A DNA stretch of 64,000 nucleotides, taken from contig JBEEOW010000011.1 in assembly GCA_041191405.1 (NCBI GenBank), forward strand, positions 13,394 to 77,393, given 5' to 3'. Under the pieces are notes generated by a model that saw nothing but the letters and a program-made list of their open reading frames with translations, was not told the origin of the DNA and ran no database searches. Below are positions 60,710 to 64,000 of the stretch, piece after piece (the stretch's first letter is position 1; each line of letters begins with the position of its first letter). The DNA is from Bacteroidota bacterium. Lineage in GTDB: Bacteria; Bacteroidota; Bacteroidia; Cytophagales; UBA9547. Made by a program: the position numbers and the translations under genes.

Positions 60710-60822
60710 CCCTAGGGTTGAAACCATAGGCTATAAAATTGTTCGTCCCGCTAGGACGTCTTAGTATAACAATTAGTCCCAGAGGGACGATGATATCATA
60801 GCCATGGGTTTTAACCCAAGGG
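60710..60822. repeat. Inverted-repeat REP/MITE-like element
   Basis: ccctagggttgaaaccataggctat versus the reverse complement of atagccatgggttttaacccaaggg; inner tcgtccc/gggacga. Confidence 0.65.
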
Positions 60823-60858
60823 TTTTAAATCTAATAAAGTGAAGATACATTTCACTTC

Positions 60859-61773
60859 TCACCTACCCATCAACACTTTCAATGCTTTATTAATCACTTT
60901 AATTTCTAAATCAGCTTTGGTTTCGTGAGGTTCACCATCAATATGAATCATGCCTTTTTGCTTTCTCTTTATAGTTAATGAAGGTGTTTTCCAATATTCA
61001 ACATAGCCTGAATTATGAATTTTTTTGGTAAATAAAGTACTTACTAATACAGGTAAATATCTCCATTTCAATGGTTTCATTACACAAATATCCAATAAAC
61101 CATCTTGAATATCAGCAAGAGGAGCTATATGTGCATTGTTTCCAAATTGCGATGAATTAGCAAAACTTATTAAAAATGCATTTCTTTTTTCTATACTTCC
61201 ATCTGGGAAAACCAATTCATAATCTTGTGATTCGTAGCTATTAAACTCTTTTACAGAAGATGTAATATAAGTTTTTAATCCTCGCCCCTTTTGGGTTGCA
61301 AACACAGCCCCAATATGTGCATCAAAGCCAGTTCCTGCTACATTTACAAAGGGAATATCATTTACAGTTCCTACATCAATTTTAGCAATTTTAGCATTAT
61401 TTATAAATGCAATAGCAAGTTTTGAATCCATAGGAACGCCTAAAAATCTCGCTAATCCATTACCAGAACCAAAAGGTAAAATCCCCATTGCAACATCTGT
61501 ATGAATTAATCCTTGCATCACTTCATTCACTGTACCATCTCCACCGGTTGCTATTACAATTGAGAATTTCCAATTTGCATTTTTAGCCAAAGTAGTTGCA
61601 TGTCCAACAGATTGAGTATAAGTAATTTCGTATTCAAATTTGTTCAAATCTAAATTATTTGCAATCAAATCAGGAAGCGATTTTTTACTGCGAGTACCCG
61701 CTTTGGGGTTTATAATAAACAATATTTTTTCTTTCAAAACTATCTCATTTTCATCGCAAAATACATCATCCAA
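60859..61773 (-). CDS. Diacylglycerol/lipid kinase family protein (YegS-like)
   Basis: IINPKAG, GGDGTVNEV, PFGSGNGLAR, HIDGEP; the real start may be about 61737. Confidence 0.92.
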   Translation of the reverse strand: MDDVFCDENEIVLKEKILFIINPKAGTRSKKSLPDLIANNLDLNKFEYEITYTQSVGHATTLAKNANWKFSIVIATGGDGTVNEVMQGLIHTDVAMGILPFGSGNGLARFLGVPMDSKLAIAFINNAKIAKIDVGTVNDIPFVNVAGTGFDAHIGAVFATQKGRGLKTYITSSVKEFNSYESQDYELVFPDGSIEKRNAFLISFANSSQFGNNAHIAPLADIQDGLLDICVMKPLKWRYLPVLVSTLFTKKIHNSGYVEYWKTPSLTIKRKQKGMIHIDGEPHETKADLEIKVINKALKVLMGR

Positions 61774-61868
61774 AATAAATTAATATAAAATTGAAGTTAT
61801 TTTTTCAATATATTTTTTATTTAAGCTAAGATTTATTGATTTTTACAAAAATATACTGAAAAATAGAG

Positions 61869-62606
61869 ATGAGTGAATTTGTTTTTAAAGAAGTTGATGA
61901 GGAAGGCTTAGATGTTTTAAATGTAGTAAGCGAAGCAAAAAGTTTTAACGAGTGGATGTACAAAACAGTAAGTAAGCACTGTTCTGGATCTATTCTTGAA
62001 ATTGGTAGCGGTATTGGAAATATCTCTGAGCAATTTTTAAAAAATGGATTTAATTTAACGGTATCAGATATCAGAGATAACTATTGTGGTTATCTTGAAA
62101 AAAACTTAAAACATTTCCCCAATTTACAAGGAATTGTTAAAATGGATTTAACTGATCCTGAATTTGATACAAAATTTGCTCATTTATTAGGTACTTTTGA
62201 TGCTGTTTTTGCAATGAATGTTGTTGAACATATTCTTGACGATAAACTTGCTCTTGCAAATGCTAAAAAATTATTAAAACAAGGTGGAAAATGTATTATT
62301 TTAGTTCCAGCTTATCAGTTTTTATACAATAAATTTGATAAAGAGTTAGAACATTACAGAAGATATACCCAGAAGTCTTTGAATAAAATATTCTTAGAGA
62401 ATGATTACAAAATTGTTCATAATCAGTATTTTAATTTAGCTGGAATTCCAGGATGGTATGTTTCTGGTAAATTACAAGGAAACAAAACTATACCTGCGGG
62501 ACAAATGAAATTATACGATTTATTGGTTCCTATTTTTAAACTAGCTGATTTATTGACTTTCAATACTATGGGACTTTCAGTAATTACTGTCGGACAAAAA
62601 AAATAA
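61869..62606 (+). CDS. Class I SAM-dependent methyltransferase
   Basis: ILEIGSGIGN, NVVEHI, LVPA...HYRRY. Confidence 0.88.
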   Translation: MSEFVFKEVDEEGLDVLNVVSEAKSFNEWMYKTVSKHCSGSILEIGSGIGNISEQFLKNGFNLTVSDIRDNYCGYLEKNLKHFPNLQGIVKMDLTDPEFDTKFAHLLGTFDAVFAMNVVEHILDDKLALANAKKLLKQGGKCIILVPAYQFLYNKFDKELEHYRRYTQKSLNKIFLENDYKIVHNQYFNLAGIPGWYVSGKLQGNKTIPAGQMKLYDLLVPIFKLADLLTFNTMGLSVITVGQKK

Positions 62607-62610
62607 TTCA

Positions 62611-64000
62611 ATGAATAGCAATTCAAAAATTATTATCCCAATTGTATTCTGTGGTGCATTAGCTATTGGAGTATTTGTTGGTTCATTTTTTTTCGGTTCA
62701 AAAATGTATGGAAATGGCACTCATTCTTCACTTACAAAGTTGAATGAAATTTTGCATTACATTGAAAGAGATTATGTTGAAAAAGTGAATACAGATTCTC
62801 TCATTGACCATAATATTCAAGATATTTTATCTAAACTCGACCCACATTCGGCATATATTTCTAACGAAGATATTGATTTAGCTCATTCTCAACTTGAGGG
62901 TGCTTTTGAAGGTATAGGTGTTGAATTTCAAATCATTGAAGATACAATTACAGTTGTTTCTGCCATTTCTGGTGGACCTTCTGAGGCACTTGGAATCCAG
63001 TCTGGAGATAGAATTGTAAATGTTGATGGTAAAAATGTTGCAGGTGTTAAAATAACCACCGAACAAGTTTTTAAACATTTAAGAGGTAAAAAAGGAACAA
63101 TTGTAAAAGTAAAAATTAAAAGAAATGGCGAAGCTAATTTATTGACTTACAATATTTCTCGAGATAAAATATCTACTCATTCAGTTGAAATTGCCTATAT
63201 GGCTCAACCAACTGTTGGTTATATTAAAGTTACTCGATTTGCAGAAAATACCCATTCTGAATTTCACCAAGCATTGGTTGATTTAAAGAAAAAAGGAATG
63301 CAAAAACTGGTTTTAGATTTAAGAGAAAACCCTGGAGGATATCTTGACCAAGCGGTAAAAATTGTAGATGATTTATTGATGGATAATAAGTTAGTAGTTT
63401 ATACAGACGGAAAAGGAACTCAATATGACTCAAAATATTTAACTGAAACCAAAGGCGAATTTGAAACTCAACCAATTATTGTTTTAATCAATGAAGGTTC
63501 AGCATCTGCTTCAGAAATTGTTTCAGGAGCTTTACAAGACCATGACAGAGCATTGATTATGGGACGTCGTTCTTTTGGTAAAGGCTTAGTGCAAAGACCA
63601 ATAGAATTAAATGATGGTTCTGAAATTAGATTAACCATTTCAAAATATTTTACTCCAAGTGGTAGATGTATTCAAAAACCATTTTCAGATGATTATGATT
63701 TAGAAATTGTGAAACGTTATGAAAATGGCGAATATTATCACAAAGATTCTACAAAACAAGACACAAAGCAAAAATTCAAAACCGAAAAAGGTAGAACAGT
63801 TTATGGCGGTGGTGGCATCATGCCAGATGTATTTGTACCAAGAGATACAACTGATTACACACCTCTTTTAGGCGAATTATATAGCAAAAATTTACTAAGA
63901 GAATTTGCTTTAAAATATACTACTGCAAATAAAGCATTGTTGAAAAATCAGTCCTTTGAAAAGTTTAATGCAACTTTCAAATTTACACCTCAACTTCAAG
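62611..64000 (+). CDS. S41 family C-terminal processing protease (runs off window)
   Basis: Manual translation from ATG 62611: LDPHSAYI, PDZ GIGVEF...GDRIV, LDLRENPGG, SASASEIVSGALQDHDRA, GKGLVQ. Confidence 0.93.
   Translation, partial: MNSNSKIIIPIVFCGALAIGVFVGSFFFGSKMYGNGTHSSLTKLNEILHYIERDYVEKVNTDSLIDHNIQDILSKLDPHSAYISNEDIDLAHSQLEGAFEGIGVEFQIIEDTITVVSAISGGPSEALGIQSGDRIVNVDGKNVAGVKITTEQVFKHLRGKKGTIVKVKIKRNGEANLLTYNISRDKISTHSVEIAYMAQPTVGYIKVTRFAENTHSEFHQALVDLKKKGMQKLVLDLRENPGGYLDQAVKIVDDLLMDNKLVVYTDGKGTQYDSKYLTETKGEFETQPIIVLINEGSASASEIVSGALQDHDRALIMGRRSFGKGLVQRPIELNDGSEIRLTISKYFTPSGRCIQKPFSDDYDLEIVKRYENGEYYHKDSTKQDTKQKFKTEKGRTVYGGGGIMPDVFVPRDTTDYTPLLGELYSKNLLREFALKYTTANKALLKNQSFEKFNATFKFTPQLQ

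Overview
AT-rich bacterial DNA, most likely Bacteroidota (inferred from TAnnTTTG promoter elements, BatA/BatB-like genes, DUF4199 pair and BtuB/BtuG-like B12 uptake genes). Bases 1 to about 8900 look like the end of an accessory defence island. It holds the 5' part of a type I R-M methyltransferase (hsdM), a tight four-gene operon with three different TIR-domain proteins plus a small 3-TM protein (Thoeris-like but no ThsA), a PIN nuclease/trypsin-like protease pair with cassette-like borders, a umuD::SRAP fusion pseudogene, two orphans, a structured non-coding leader and a 150-bp tandem duplication at the border. The rest is mostly core genome: a cobalamin-riboswitch-controlled B12 uptake/salvage operon, uspA-like, kdsB, LysM protein, Crp/Fnr, recD-recC-recB, GH3-family, yggS, moeB, a pseudouridine synthase, tRNA-Ser and tRNA-Pro followed by three degenerate tRNA-Pro-derived repeats, Bat-like genes, pyrC/pyrR/pyrB, a decayed VapBC pair, tyrS, rlmN, lpdA, selO, GH20 hexosaminidase, a frameshifted beta-propeller gene, SUI1, DAG kinase, a methyltransferase and a truncated S41 protease. 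The best novelty candidates are the 3xTIR+TM operon and the tRNA-derived repeat array. All calls are by eye from motifs; no searches were run.
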